From NCBI RefSeq assembly GCF_964204645.1, contig NC_134036.1, forward strand, positions 9,651,859-9,715,858: a DNA stretch of 64,000 nt. The letters are read 5' to 3'. Shown piece after piece: positions 26,431 through 38,230 of this stretch. Positions within the stretch are counted from its first letter, which is position 1; each line of letters begins with the position of its first letter. A program made the translations under genes and the position numbers. The notes beneath the pieces are model-generated. The model was not told where the DNA came from and did no database searches. It was given only the letters and a program-made list of their open reading frames with translations. This DNA is from Tubulanus polymorphus (Eukaryota > Animalia > Nemertea).

Positions 26431-27721
26431 CGATCTCATTCACGACGATACGCGATAAGGCAATAACGACTAACAATGTGAGCGCGTAGTTAAGCAAGGG
26501 CGCGCTATTTTTAACTTTCTGATCGCGTGACTTCATGACGTCACGAGGCATAATGCTAGTGAATAGGAAAATCTACGGTTTTTAGTGGCATGTTTCTTGC
26601 GCTATTTAGCATAATCGTCCCCTGCCAGATTGCAAATAACATTCAACTGGCCTGGCTCCACCGCGCTAAATTTGCCGTTTTTTGAAATTTCCCCGACGTT
26701 GTCGCCTGTCCGGCTCGAAAGTCTAGCGATAATCGGACGACCTATGTGTAAGTATACCACCAAATACATCAGGAAATACTTAATCTGAGGATAAGAATAA
26801 TTATATCTGTAAACATAGCGCTGAGCGTGAGCTTATCTAGTTTTAATTGATATATTTTAAGTGGTGTTTTTGTAACCGTATCGCTGAGAAATCGTGTCGC
26901 TCCTAACCCGGAAATAAGTTTTAGTCGATTTCGATCATCATTCAAATTTGCAGTATCTTTATCTTTATAGGCCTTGCCTCATTTGAACACCGAATTTAGT
27001 GATATCCATGAGAGATAATTCATATTGAATCGTATGTTCAATAGTAGAGAGGCCTGATTCATGTCCAAAAGCAAAGCCAAATCAAATAGTAGTCCCCTTT
27101 TAGACTTTCTGTTCGAATATCCACTTTTCTCTTTCAGGATATTTTTCGTCGTTTAAATTCCTACTGTACTCATAAAATAAGATATCGTCTCGTGAGGTAG
27201 GCTCAAAAATCAGTCATTTTTCAAATCGAAAACTTTTTCTTGGACTTTGAAATAAAAAAATTGATCAATCATGCATGTAACTTCAATAATTTCAGATTTT
27301 TCGTGGTCCTTCAGTGGCAGGCTGCCGTCGGGTGGGGCCCTTCAATATCGTCTAGTGAGGTAGGCCGAAAAATGTATTTCATACTAAAAAGTTCTCCTCG
27401 GGCTAAAAATTCCTTGATTAAGCTGTACTTTTGTTTATAATTTCAGATTTTTCGCAGTCGCAGTGTCAGTCTATACCAAAAAGTTAAAAATTCCTTGATT
27501 AAGCTGTAGTTTTTTGTTTATAATTTCAGATTCGCAGTGTCAAGAGTCCAACCGCAAGTGTTGATATTGATATCGTTTAGACTGCAGCCTGGCCATATTT
27601 TTAATTTAGTCAGGTGAGGTAAACCAACAATTTAATTTCGTATGCTAAGTTGAAAAACCATCTCATGCTTACAAATAAGCGGTTACTTTGTTACTTGAAT
27701 TGGCATGATTTCAATTTCAGA

Positions 27722-30700
27722 ATGGCAGAAAATTTTGACAGGAAAGTTGGTCAAGGCAAACGTAAGCTTTATTATGGGTCCAACCAGAAAAGTAAGAAAA
27801 ATAAAGCTAAAGTAAAAAAAATGATCGAAGCAAGTACGTATATCAATACAATTCTTTTTATGTCCCAGTAGTTTCATTCTTCACTCCCAAAATGCCAACT
27901 ATGAATCATGCCTATGCCTCGGCTGTGCCCATTGCATTTTGCTGGCAAGTTAGTTATTCATGAATAAGGTATACATTTTCGATTTTTGATTTGTAAGTAT
28001 ATTTGTTAAAAATATAATCTATAGCTGCATTCAAATGAGAGTGAAAAATAAACTTTGGAATTTGTTATTTAAATTAAGTGTTTATTTTCTGATTGAATAA
28101 AAACAATAATTATATTTTCTGACTTATTTTCTGACTTTTTAAGTTCTGATTTATTTTTCAAAAAGGAACTGATTTCTAAACATGCTCTGAATCAAAGTAT
28201 CTAGGGATCATGAAGATCTTAAATGGCAATTCTCAAATAAATGTGTTTCGTGTATAGTCTACTCCTGTTGTGCCTATTAACCCATTCCCCCCTAAGCCAA
28301 TATCAGTATTGAAACATTAATAAGAGTCTCGTATGTATTCTTGGAAAACAGGCCTCAGGTTTACAATGTATACAATGCACATGTTCATATTTAAGAATTG
28401 TTCAGAAAAAGGAGGTGAAGTAATTATATTATGATGACTGCCAGTGAGTGAGACTGAGAATTTGAGGGTTTATGAGTGACAACAACCCACAATAACAAAA
28501 GGGTAGAACTCTCACCACTATTCCATTGGCATTTATCTGGATTGTTGTTAACTACAAACTTAAGAACTCAAATGAACCCTAGCAAGTGTAAAGACACAAT
28601 GTTCTACGTATAATGTTATTGTGGGTCTTATATTTGAAATGGAAAGAAATTATGATAAAAATGGTTAGGTAAGTTGAATTATATTTACTAACTGGTGACT
28701 AATACTTCCTATTTATGAATATATGGATTAATGAGAAAACAACAAAACTAAATTAATTAGTACCATATGTACACTTCCATTGATCTTTTATTTCAACTGA
28801 TAATGATCGACATTGGTTTATAAATGAAGGGACTCGTATGCATGAAAATTAATTCATTGAAATTGATTGTATTTTACCATCTATTGATTCAATAGGAAAT
28901 GCAAAATGGGGAAATACGAGCCTATTGAGTGAAAGTGTGTCTAGCCAGTTTTCTCCTCAATCGCAAACTTCATTTGACGAAAAAGAATCAAATATTCAGC
29001 CTCCATTTACCAGTACTCCATTTACGTCCCCTGTTATGTATGTACCAAGTACCAACGTTGAAACATCTGTACCGACCTATCATTTCAAAGAGGATCGCAG
29101 CTGTCAAACGGAGAACACTGCAACTGAAAATAAACAAGAAATTAAGATCAAACTACTTGAGTCGAAAATGAGACAGATAGAAAGTGAGAAATTGGTTTTG
29201 CAATCAGAAAATGTAAATTTAGCAGAGCAAATCAAAATTAAAGATCAGAAATTAGAAGAGTTACAAAATCAGATATTGCAATACGAACAATATGAATCTC
29301 TAATCAGAAATAAAAGCTTATTAGAAATATGCGGAGGAAATATGAATAGCATCTTCGATGCTCGTCACTTAACGAAGTCTCGCCCTGAAAAGTTTTGCAA
29401 ATTGAGCATCCCTAATGTCCCATCATCAGCGGCAAGTTCCCAAACTCTAGAAGCTCGAGCATTGACAATGAAAAATGTATTAGACACAATATCAGCTAAA
29501 CCAATCAATTCATATCAGAGCAGCATCACGCTTTAAACATTTCTATCACACAATCCCAAATTATCTAAATCTGCAATAGACCATTCTCAACAATTACATC
29601 TACTCAAACCATTAACCGCATCGCAATCTGTTGAATTAAAACTTGCTCTGCGTCTGCCGATGAGACGACTTTTCGACTTGAAACGGGTTCTAAAAAGCTA
29701 TGGAACGCCAATCTTTCCATCTGCAAACAAAATCCGACAAGAGATCTTGCAGAGGGGAAAATCTTTCACCCCCTATATCACTGTAGGCCAAACAGAATTA
29801 GAAGTTAATTCGAGAACCCATGAAAAAAAGACAGCTCCTCATGCAACTCTGACCAATTTGAAGTTACAAATTCAAAGAACTGTACAAAATCTATCTGACC
29901 GAAAGAAAATGAGTTTTCATCCAAATTTTCACAATGAAGTTTGGGTCAAAGTGGGTATTGACAAGGGAGGGGGTAGTACAAAAATGATATACTCGGTTAT
30001 AAATGGGGAAGGGAACAACAGTGCAGATGCCAGCGAAATGATTGGCTATTTTGAAGGCACTGATATTGTTGAGAATATGAGAACGGTATTCGGGATTTTC
30101 AAAGATGAAATCGATGCTAATGATATCACTATATCAACAATGATTGATAATAGAAAATTAGATTTGCCTGTTAGGATGTTCCTCATTGGGGATTATGCAT
30201 ATCTGTGTAACTGCATGGGTCACCAGGGGCCCTCGGCTACCTATCCCTGTTTATGGTGCCAAGTAAAACTTGAAGATCTTAGGAAAAAGAACAGAACACC
30301 ACACAATCCATCTTCCCATCCATATCAAAACCGTACTATCGCATCATATCTCGAAAATTCATCAAAATCACCACAATCATTCGGCCCAGAAACCTTGAGT
30401 ATTTCATCATCAATGCTATTCAAACCATCAGACATGCTTCATCTCGTTCCTCCAGTTCTCCATATTTCCCTAGGATTAGGCCACCGTTTCTTTGAGATGA
30501 TGGAAAACAAGTGCAAAGAACACGACCAGACAAACTTAAGGGAATCGAACCCTGAATTAAACAAAAAATGGCAAGACCAATCAGAAGTAGTTTCAAAATT
30601 AAGACTAGAAATCGAATCGAAACAATTGTCTTTTGAATCATCCAGCCAATTACTTAATCTCATGAAAATTTCCCACCGTAAAGATTCATCGGTAATTGAC

Positions 30701-31617
30701 TGCACGGCATCCATCTGCTTCATTCGCTCTATTGAAAATGCAAACCCAAATGAATATACATACTGCGTAGATTGCAACTTACCCTTTCATAAACAATGCG
30801 TATCGAATCCTGATGAATTTAGGTGTATAGAATGTTTTACTGGTCGCAAACCATCAGCAGATTCTATCATAAAAAAACAAAACATCATCATCACAAAGCT
30901 AAAAAAAGACATCTCAACTTTGAAAACACAAATAGCCCCGGAACAATCTCTTCTGAATGAAATTTTCAAAGAAATTAATAGTATTCAAGGACCGACCCAA
31001 AAAAACTCAACAATATCCTATCTGAGATTGGTATTGATCGACAGGCCTACCATTCGAATAGTTTTGTCGGCAATCATATCCATAAAATGTTCAAAATCGA
31101 TGAATCAAAAGGAATCAATAATCCGCGTAAATTATGTGAAGCACTAGAATTTGACCCAGCTACTCAGTCATTATTCCAACTTTTGTTTGAGAAATTTCAC
31201 TCAATCTATACATTATATACGGCAAACCGTTTCCTTGAAAATTCTGAAGTTGAAGAACTAGGTAGGCTTTGTGATGATTTCGGTATGTGGTATCCGAACG
31301 CGTTTCCGGACACAAACATCACTCCGAAAATGCACATGCTAATTTATCATGTACCAGAATTTGTTCGTGTCTGGAGGACAATTGGCATGTTTGGCGAACA
31401 AGGACTGGAATCTAAACATGCTAGTGTCAATAAAGATGGACGAGTTTATTGCACTATAAGGGACAATATTCTACGAACCAAGTTAATCTTCATTAATCAG
31501 GGTCTATATACTACGAAAACGCTAAGTATCGAAACTGTTCCACGCAAATGTCTGTGCGGTGGATTTTTTATAACTAAACAAAATGAACGAAAATGTCAAA
31601 AATGTAGTAAGAGCTAA
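27722..31617 (+). pseudogene. RAG1/Transib-related DDE transposase with an internal PHD-type finger (copy A); nearly intact
   Basis: Putative exon 1 27722-27833 (gtacgt donor) and acceptor caatag at 28895. ORFs 28925 and 29660 are in one frame separated by a single TAA. One frameshift in the A-run near 31000. Motifs WVKVGIDKGGG (D), FLIGDY (D), GHQGPSATYPCLWC, PVLHISLG, FVGNH, ITPKMHMLIYH, GMFGEQGLESKH (E). Confidence 0.8.
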
Positions 31618-31697
31618 ATTTTCAATCAAGTACCAAACATCTAGGCCTATACTTTGTTATGTGCATTTTCGGAGTGATAGTAATATTTTCACCGTGA

Positions 31698-32124
31698 TGT
31701 CTGACAGTAGAGAAGTGGATGGGAAATGGGCAACTTTATGGTTTTTAAACCATAGAGTTATGTTCGGGTTTATTCCCTCCCGCTCGCTCTACTGTCAGTC
31801 TATTAACTATTAATGTATTCTGTCTATCTATGTCTGTCTATGTCTGTCTATATATCTGTTTGTCTGACAGTAGAGAAGTGGATGGGAAATGGGCAACTTT
31901 ATGGTTTTTAAACCATAGAGTTATGTTCGGGTTTATTCCCTCCCGCTCGCTCTACTGTCAGTCTATTAACTATTAATGTATTCTGTCTATCTATGTCTGT
32001 CTATGTCTGTCTATATATCTGTTTGTCTGACAGTAGAGAAGTGGATGGGAAATGGGCAACTTTATGGTTTTTAAACCATAGAGTTATGTTCGGGTTTATT
32101 CCCTCCCGCTCGCTCTACTGTCAG
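31698..32124. repeat. 163-bp tandem repeat (~2.6 copies); each unit is a ~98-nt hairpin plus a (TGTC/TATC) microsatellite
   Basis: Units start at 31701, 31864 and 32027. Each has CTGACAGTAGAG...CTCTACTGTCAG ends with central ctttatggttt/aaaccatagag. Confidence 0.9.
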
Positions 32125-33898
32125 CCGTAGCCTATAGTCCTATACGAATAAAGTAAACAATTAAGATATAATCTGCTTACCAGTTATTACTTCGTACATG
32201 GGGCAGGGAGGTTAAAAAATCAGAATTTCGTGCTTACGTCTGTTCGTAGGCCTATGAGATATTGACTTACCGAGATATAACTGTGGCCACAGCCACATTA
32301 TCAGCCAAATCATCTTTCCTGTTGGTGAATTCCATCCTTTTCTTAAAACATGAAATTCTGGTCCACTTATTTTCGACTGGAAAGTCTTTACGGCATAGCC
32401 AATCTGAGTTCAGTCCTGGTACAGTCTGCAATAGACCTATATTCGGATAAAAATTCATGTCACATATTCTGCCGAAACAGCTTCGGTGCATTAGGCCTTT
32501 TCATTTCAAAGTATCAGCATGAACTTTTTAGTATTGTGGAGCTGCGGTGACCTACGGCTACTACACCAGGTCCAGTCCTCCAGGACAGGAGGTCTTTCGA
32601 GTATCATTTTACTATTGAATGTCGAATTATCTGCCATTATACAAAGAGAATCTACCATACCTATTTATCATTTTGCGTAAAGAAATGGTTCAGGTGGTTT
32701 TGGTAAGCTACAAAGTCAACTAAAAGCCTACACACGTATCAGCAGTACTTACTGTCAGCTGGTCAGTCGACTCGAGAACCCGGAAATAGAACAGAAATAT
32801 TGCATTTCAGAGGCAAATACAGCATCTATCGTACGCATTTACACCAATTAAGCCATCGTTATGTTTCCTTCATCTGTTGCCAATATCAAATATGATATCG
32901 TATGCACATAATCCAGTGTTATCCTGTGAAATCTTTGAATTTGACGTCAAAAATTATTGAAAACATCGCCGACGGCGGCCATTTTAGGAAAATCACCACC
33001 AGGAGGACCACTGCGTATTTTTATAATGAAATATGATTTTATCAATCTAAAAACCACAAAAACATATTTCCTAAATGAATATCTGTTAAAGATTTAGAAT
33101 AATGATTGAAAATTCATATTATGACACACAGCGCAGCGCAAAAATATAATCAGCAAGTTCACGCACGGTAACTAAGGACGCGCACGTACGCCACTGTCAA
33201 GGGTCAAGGTCAAATTCAGCTGAAAGCTTGTACACTCGTGCCTTTACTTCACCAAGCTTTTAGCTCAGTAGAAAGTGGCTGACGTCTTGCGCTCGGTCGC
33301 CCTTTCCAGTTGCCGCGTAGTCACGTCTTTCGTAAACGAATGGCATACTTTTTTTGCGACCGCTGCCCGTTTTTCGTAGCTCCTCGTCGCTGACCCGCAG
33401 TTGGCAACGTTATCCGTCTTCGCCACGCATAAACAGGAGAAACTTCTACAAACCAAAAAGGTAAACTTTTAAAGTCAGTATTTTTGTTCCAAATATATTA
33501 ATTTATTTGTTATTCCATTTATCACTGCACAACATTAATCAATAAGCTATCATTAGCTAACCAGACAAAATCTCATAATCTACTTGTATTAGAATTCCAA
33601 ATTTTCAATTTAATATTTTACAGTAATTGATATTTTTTATGCAGAGAAGACAATTGTATATATATCGTGAATCTTGAAACCGACAACTGTTCGTGTGAAG
33701 TAAAAAGGTGAGTAGGCCTAAATAAAATCTCATAATTTTTTTCTCTCAATTACATTAAGAGCAAACAAAAAATACTCTGCCTTATTTCACCGACCTGTGT
33801 GATTTTAACGAATAAAAGTGAAATATAAGATATATACATGCGTGCGGTATACATTTACAATAATTTTCCGTTTTCTTTTCAGGTAACGGTACATACAT

Positions 33899-34890
33899 TC
33901 AAACAAGCCTTTTACACTTTTTACAATGTCGAGTGTTATCTTGACTGATGTAAAAGCCACCACACTCGCATTTTCGTTTCGTTGCTTCGGATTTTGGTGG
34001 TTTTGTCGCGTAAAGACCTTGATTGATGAATAGATATTTAGTTCGCAGAACTTGATCACGGACTGTACAGTAGATTCTGTTGTCTCTGTTCACGCTTGCG
34101 TGTTTACCTTCAAGTCATTGCTCACCGAAGAGCCCCAGAGAACCCCACATATCAACAAAATCAGGAGCGTGGTAAATAAGTATATGGAGTTTTGGCGTGA
34201 TAGTGGAACTAGGAAATGCGTCGGTGTAAAATCGTCCGAAATCATGACACAGTTTACGGAATAAGGACTTTTCATCTGCTGTGAGAAATCTACATGCCGT
34301 GTATAGCGCATATAAGTTACTAAGTCTCTCGAATAGCTCGAGAAATTTCGTGTAATCATCATCAGCATGACCTGAGAGAACACTACATAGTTTCTGTGGA
34401 TTGTTGGATTTGTCATCATTTTTGAGCATTTTATTTATATAGTTTCCAACAATGCAACCACCATAGTACGCTTGCCGATCAATACCTATTTCGGCAAGAA
34501 TTTCATTTAGCCGTTTTGTAACCGGCCCCATTGATGAATTAACAACTTTGAATATTTCCTGTAATTGGTTTTGAGCTTCAGACAATCTCGATTTTAGATC
34601 AGCTAACTCAGATTTCTTTTCCGATATTTCTTGAATTTTCAGCTTGATAATATTATCCGCTGACATAGTTTTCCCCGTACAACATTCCATACATTTGAAA
34701 TTAGCTGTAGGTCCAAATATACATTGCTTGTGATAGGGGGAATCGCAATCAATGCACTCAACAAAATCATTTTGTTTGGCATTCGGAATGTTTCTAATCA
34801 AACAAATCTTTGCTGAACAACTAATAACACAACGACCCTTTTTTGGATTGTTTTAGAAGGTCAACAGTTTGATTAAGAGTGACAATCATT
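33899..34890 (-). pseudogene. Second, diverged RAG1/Transib-related transposase (copy B); C-terminal part only, cut off at the Polinton junction
   Basis: CSAKIC..VECIDCDSPYHKQC..FKCMEC, EIGIDRQAYYGGCIVGNY, ITPKLHILIYH, LFGEQ*LEGKHASVN and KCECGGFY..HCKKC are all colinear with copy A. One in-frame TGA. Confidence 0.85.
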
Positions 34891-34995
34891 TCCTTGTACT
34901 ATATTTTTTATTAAAATTGATTTTAGAAGTTCCATGATTTAAATGTTATTCATATATGTGAATATTTTAAGAGTAATAGGGATAATAGGCTTTCG

Positions 34996-35595
34996 TATCA
35001 ATTTTACTATAACATATTACAACCCCATTTTGGAGAAAAAAATATAGAAATATTATATCTAGATACTGACAGTTATATATTAAAGATAAAAAGTGATAAT
35101 ATAAATGATGATTTAAAAATATTAAATCATCATTTTGATTTCAGCAATTATCCCAAAGATCATGAACTATTTAGCAATGATAATAAAAAAGTTCCTGGGA
35201 AGTTTAAGGATGAATTAGGTGGTGAAGAAATGATAGAGTTCATTGGTATTAGATCTAAAATGTATAGTTATAAAACTAAAGAACATGAAGCTAAAAAGTT
35301 AAAAGGAATAACCAAAAGTGTAGTAGAAAAGAATATTCATTTCAAAGATTACATCAATTGTATATTTAATGAAGAAGTTAAAAAACATAAGATGAAATGT
35401 TTAAGATCTGAAGATCATGAAATATTTATTGAAGAAATTGAAAAGATAAGTCTAAACCCATTTGATGATAAAAGATATATTTTAGATGATGGAATCCACA
35501 CAGTCGCCTATGGTTGCAATTTAGATGAATATATAAAATTCAAAAGAGAAGAAACAAAAGAAAATGAAATTATGAAAAGGATTCTAACGTGTTAA
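34996..35595 (+). pseudogene. Protein-primed family B DNA polymerase, C-terminal third only
   Basis: YQFYYNILQPHFG..IEILYLDTDSY..FDFSNYPKDH.LFS..NKKVPGKFKDE..EFIGIRSKMYSY..KKLKGI..KISLNPFDDKRY. Confidence 0.93.
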
Positions 35596-35623
35596 TAAAT
35601 TTCAATAAAAATTTGTATAATAA

Positions 35624-35965
35624 ATGGAGAGTAAACAAGTACACAGTGAATTCTTAGATAGAATTAAAGATACCACAAATGTAAAATCTGTAGATTATAA
35701 ATTCAAAAAGTTAACAGAATTAACAATTCACAAGAAATATTTAATTACTAACATTGAAACAATTACTAATAAATATGGAGATAAATTAGTAATTCATTTA
35801 GAATATGAAGGATTAAAAGGAAATAAATATAAATTCAGAACTTATTTACCAGATAGATTTCATAGATTATCAAGTGAAGATCTAGAAGAATTATGTTCTG
35901 GAGATTTCTATTTCGTATACAAAGGTAAGAATGAAAAAGGGCACCATGAAATAGATTTCGAATAA
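35624..35965 (+). CDS. Small Polinton protein, possibly an OB-fold ssDNA-binding protein
   Basis: Intact 113-aa ORF with TAAATG start, directly after pPolB. Pattern FKKL..L..KKY.I..TNKYG..L...YLPDRF. Confidence 0.6.
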   Translation: MESKQVHSEFLDRIKDTTNVKSVDYKFKKLTELTIHKKYLITNIETITNKYGDKLVIHLEYEGLKGNKYKFRTYLPDRFHRLSSEDLEELCSGDFYFVYKGKNEKGHHEIDFE

Positions 35966-35982
35966 GAAAATATGTAAAATAA

Positions 35983-36741
35983 ATGGCGGAATTAAAAGAA
36001 TACAGAATATTTGTTGATTCTAGAAGGCTTACAAATTATAAATCACATAATTTACTAGTACAATTAGATAGAGAATTTAAGAATTGTGTTGATTTAAAAT
36101 TAGTAAATATAAGTTTATGTAATTCTTTTTACAATGTATCGGATAAGTCTATTGAACATAGAGTCTTTTTAATTTATGATAGAAATAAAAGTAAATGGTT
36201 TCATCTTTATCTTAAACCAGGATTATATAATTTAGAAACATTAGCTCAAGAAATTAATAGAAGAGCTCGGTTGAAAATGGGTGCATCTGCTGGATTTGGA
36301 TTAAGACTGATTAAAAGTGATAGTTCTGATAAAATAAGAATAAAATTAGGTAATGAAGATCAACATCAATTTCTAGTTAAAAAACCTTTAGCTAAAATTT
36401 TAGGAATAACCCCAGATGTAAGGATACGCAATGCTGATGCTACACCAAATATAATGCCTTTTACACATTTTTATATTTATTGCAATTTAATCGATCCTAC
36501 AAAAACATTCGAAGCAACTAAAGATATAACTTGTAATTCTGGTTTACTAAACATTTTACCATTGAAGAATGTTAAAGAATTTGGAACGCAAATAAATTAT
36601 AATTTAACAGAATGTGATTTCAAACCATGCATTCCTCGTTTTAATAATTTTAGATTAGAAATTAGAAATCATAATGGATACTTAATTGATTTAAATAATT
36701 TCCCTGTAATTTATGAATTAGTTATAAGATGTAGAGAGTAA
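35983..36741 (+). CDS. Minor capsid protein (penton)
   Basis: IFVDSR...NSFYNV...LKPGLYN...YIYCNLID...LLNILP...LEIRNHNGYLIDLNNFPV, the pattern of Polinton/PLV single jelly-roll pentons. Confidence 0.75.
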   Translation: MAELKEYRIFVDSRRLTNYKSHNLLVQLDREFKNCVDLKLVNISLCNSFYNVSDKSIEHRVFLIYDRNKSKWFHLYLKPGLYNLETLAQEINRRARLKMGASAGFGLRLIKSDSSDKIRIKLGNEDQHQFLVKKPLAKILGITPDVRIRNADATPNIMPFTHFYIYCNLIDPTKTFEATKDITCNSGLLNILPLKNVKEFGTQINYNLTECDFKPCIPRFNNFRLEIRNHNGYLIDLNNFPVIYELVIRCRE

Positions 36742-36755
36742 TTTTTGATATATAA

Positions 36756-37097
36756 ATGAATATAACTGTTGGACCGAGTATATGTTTTGGGTTTGATTTT
36801 AAACATGGTAAAGAAATGAGAATTAAACTAAATGATGTAATTACTGATATAAAAAGTAAATCATTTAACAATGCATCAATGATTGATAAAGAAAAGTATA
36901 ATATAGAAAAAGTAATTGATTTAATTAAATCACCTTTAGAATATTATGAATTAAATGAATATGGAATTATTGATGATATTAAAAACATATTATCCAAAAT
37001 ATATGATAATCATAAAACTAGTAATAAAATAAATGTTGAAATAATCATTACTAAGTTAACTAAATATTTTGATGATAGTAATTTTTTTGATAAATAA
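36756..37097 (+). CDS. Hypothetical Polinton protein
   Basis: Intact ORF with TAAATG start, tightly packed. Confidence 0.6.
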   Translation: MNITVGPSICFGFDFKHGKEMRIKLNDVITDIKSKSFNNASMIDKEKYNIEKVIDLIKSPLEYYELNEYGIIDDIKNILSKIYDNHKTSNKINVEIIITKLTKYFDDSNFFDK

Positions 37098-37319
37098 ATG
37101 AGTGATAATAAGTGGATAATAACTGGATTATATAATGGCGCATTACTATCAGTTGGAACTGTTGGTTATTCAATGGTATTAAAAAAAGTATTCAAAATGG
37201 GAAGTGTTAATGTTGATAGATTTGATATAAATGATATTTTAAAGTTAACATTAGCAGTTACTTTATCTAATTTAACTATTGATTATTTGGAAAAACAAAA
37301 ATATATTCCTCCCATATAA
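37098..37319 (+). CDS. Small hydrophobic Polinton protein
   Basis: Abuts the upstream stop (TAAATG); two hydrophobic segments. Confidence 0.6.
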   Translation: MSDNKWIITGLYNGALLSVGTVGYSMVLKKVFKMGSVNVDRFDINDILKLTLAVTLSNLTIDYLEKQKYIPPI

Positions 37320-37343
37320 ATGTGTAATTTTTTTGTTAAATAA

Positions 37344-37766
37344 ATGGCTTCTGCAATTATAACTATTATAGGATCAGCAATTGTTAACGCTTTAGCATTT
37401 ACTGGTGGTGGATATTTATTTAAACATATTGATAAAAATAGTTCATTAGGAGAACAAAGAAGACATAACTTAGCGTTAGAGAAATATAATAAAGCTGCAG
37501 AAGAATATAGAGAAAAGAGACAAAACTATATGGATTACATCAATAAAGAATTATATGATCAGAAGATTTCACACAGAGATTTTCAATCAGTTGATGATGC
37601 AATGAGTTTATATAACGCAGTAACCAATAAAGAAAAATTACATCTATACAAACCTAAATTATCAGATTATTATACCCCAAGTAAAGAACAACAGAAATAT
37701 GAAATAATATGGATTTTAGGTGGAACAGTTATTGTTATATTTGTTGCTTATAAGTTTACTAATTAG
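37344..37766 (+). CDS. Membrane protein with N- and C-terminal hydrophobic helices and a central coiled coil
   Basis: MASAIITIIGSAIVNALAFTGGGYLF...RHNLALEK...IIWILGGTVIVIFVAY. Confidence 0.7.
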   Translation: MASAIITIIGSAIVNALAFTGGGYLFKHIDKNSSLGEQRRHNLALEKYNKAAEEYREKRQNYMDYINKELYDQKISHRDFQSVDDAMSLYNAVTNKEKLHLYKPKLSDYYTPSKEQQKYEIIWILGGTVIVIFVAYKFTN

Positions 37767-37785
37767 TAATTTTTATTCTAAATAA

Positions 37786-38214
37786 ATGGAAGATAAAGTT
37801 GATAGTATTGATATTATTCCTCATGATATAAATAAAACTAAATTAAAAACATATTTAGAAAAACAAATATTAGAATTTGAAAGTGACTTAAAGATAAAAA
37901 AGAAAAAATATTTAAAAAGTAAAATTATATATTATTTAATTATAAGTGGTTCGGTTACAATTAGTTCTGTAATAAAATTTTTAGCAATATTTAGCCCATT
38001 AACACCTTTAGCTATATCAATTGGTGTATTAGGATTAAGTTCTTTAACCGGTATAAGTTCAAAATTAAATATAAAAAGTAATAAAGAAAAAATTAAAACT
38101 AATATAAAAGAAATTAATAAATTAAAGAACACACTAGATTATATAATAAGTTTAAATGGTCATATAACAGTTGAAGAACAAGATAAATTATTAAAAGAAT
38201 TAATAAATTATTAA
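37786..38214 (+). CDS. Two-TM membrane protein
   Basis: Central hydrophobic hairpin flanked by Lys-rich coils; TAAATG start. Confidence 0.65.
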   Translation: MEDKVDSIDIIPHDINKTKLKTYLEKQILEFESDLKIKKKKYLKSKIIYYLIISGSVTISSVIKFLAIFSPLTPLAISIGVLGLSSLTGISSKLNIKSNKEKIKTNIKEINKLKNTLDYIISLNGHITVEEQDKLLKELINY

Positions 38215-38230
38215 TTTTTTAATTATATAA

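Noticed and set aside
30420-30969. Antisense ORFs over the transposase, and similar shadow ORFs over Polinton and Penelope genes
   Set aside because: Opposite-strand shadows of real coding frames with no motifs.
27722-34890. ProtoRAG (RAG1L plus RAG2L) transposon
   Set aside because: The convergent partner is another RAG1-like paralog, not a kelch-repeat RAG2. No RSS-like TIRs were identified.
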